Source: Methanothrix sp. (GTDB taxonomy: Archaea > Halobacteriota > Methanosarcinia > Methanotrichales > Methanotrichaceae). Taken from it: 16,252 nucleotides of DNA. Of the stretch, positions 15,976-16,252 are shown one piece after another. The position numbers were made by a program, and so were the translations under genes. The notes beneath the pieces are model-generated. The model worked only from the letters and a program-made list of their open reading frames with translations, was not told the origin of the DNA and made no database searches. Location: positions 1 to 16,252 of the forward strand of contig JBAXWY010000054.1 of NCBI GenBank assembly GCA_037128175.1, given 5' to 3'. Numbering within the stretch: the first letter of the stretch is position 1; every line of letters begins with the position of its first letter.

Positions 15976-16185
15976 GGGGTTGTGCCTGAGCAAAATACTC
16001 AAATATGAGCGGAGAAGCATGTGAGTCAGGTACTCCACACGACAAAGCGCCAACGTGGCGGCTTTTGCAGGTTTGTTCCAGGCAAGGGCTGAATAATCTT
16101 TGTCGGCGTGGTGCCAGGGATTTGGGCCACTATTGATGGCTTAGATCCTGAAGCTTTGATGGTAATCTAAGGAGGTGGGAAAGAA
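15976..16185 (+). ncRNA. About 205-nt highly structured 5' leader (candidate cis-regulatory RNA)
   Basis: Three consecutive domains with G.U pairs: 15982-16033, a three-way junction at 16035-16111, and a 12-bp hairpin at 16118-16148. SD GGAGGTG follows at 16171. Confidence 0.6.
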
Positions 16186-16252
16186 ATGAGGAAACTAATA
16201 GCTGTTTTGGTTATTATCGCCATGGCCGTAGTAGCCACTGCCGGTGCAGCAA
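16186..16252 (+). CDS. 5' end of a secreted or surface protein (signal peptide only; truncated by the window edge)
   Basis: SD GGAGGTG 8 nt upstream; MRKLIAVLVIIAMAVVATAGAA is a Sec-type signal peptide with an AxA site. Not in the ORF track. Confidence 0.8.
   Translation, partial: MRKLIAVLVIIAMAVVATAGAA

Noticed and set aside
15797-16252. Integrated element at the tRNA-Glu 3' end
   Set aside because: No integrase and no duplicated tRNA 3' end within the window.

Overview
Archaeal chromosomal region at roughly 55% GC, most consistent with a Methanothrix/Methanosarcinales methanogen (DUF1608-type S-layer protein, PGF-CTERM anchors, NrpRI-type regulator, S6e, class I CCA enzyme, A1-U72 tRNA-Gln). 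Gene order: IS200/IS605 left end, ribBA(-), repeat/palindrome element, amrS(-), small 11-aa-repeat PGF-CTERM protein(-), S-layer protein with a near-identical 882-bp internal duplication(-), HDAC-family deacetylase(+), 112-bp MITE, cca(-), thpR(-), ilvD(-), Na+/solute symporter(+), geranylgeranyl reductase family(+), rps6e(-), nrpR(-), tRNA-Gln(TTG), tRNA-Glu(TTC), and the 5' end of a secreted protein gene(+). The most novel-looking signal is non-coding. The three exported-protein genes each have a long, strongly base-paired 5' leader, and these leaders share collinear sequence motifs, which suggests a possible undescribed cis-regulatory RNA family for cell-surface genes. All calls come from reading the sequence by eye; no searches or folding programs were run.
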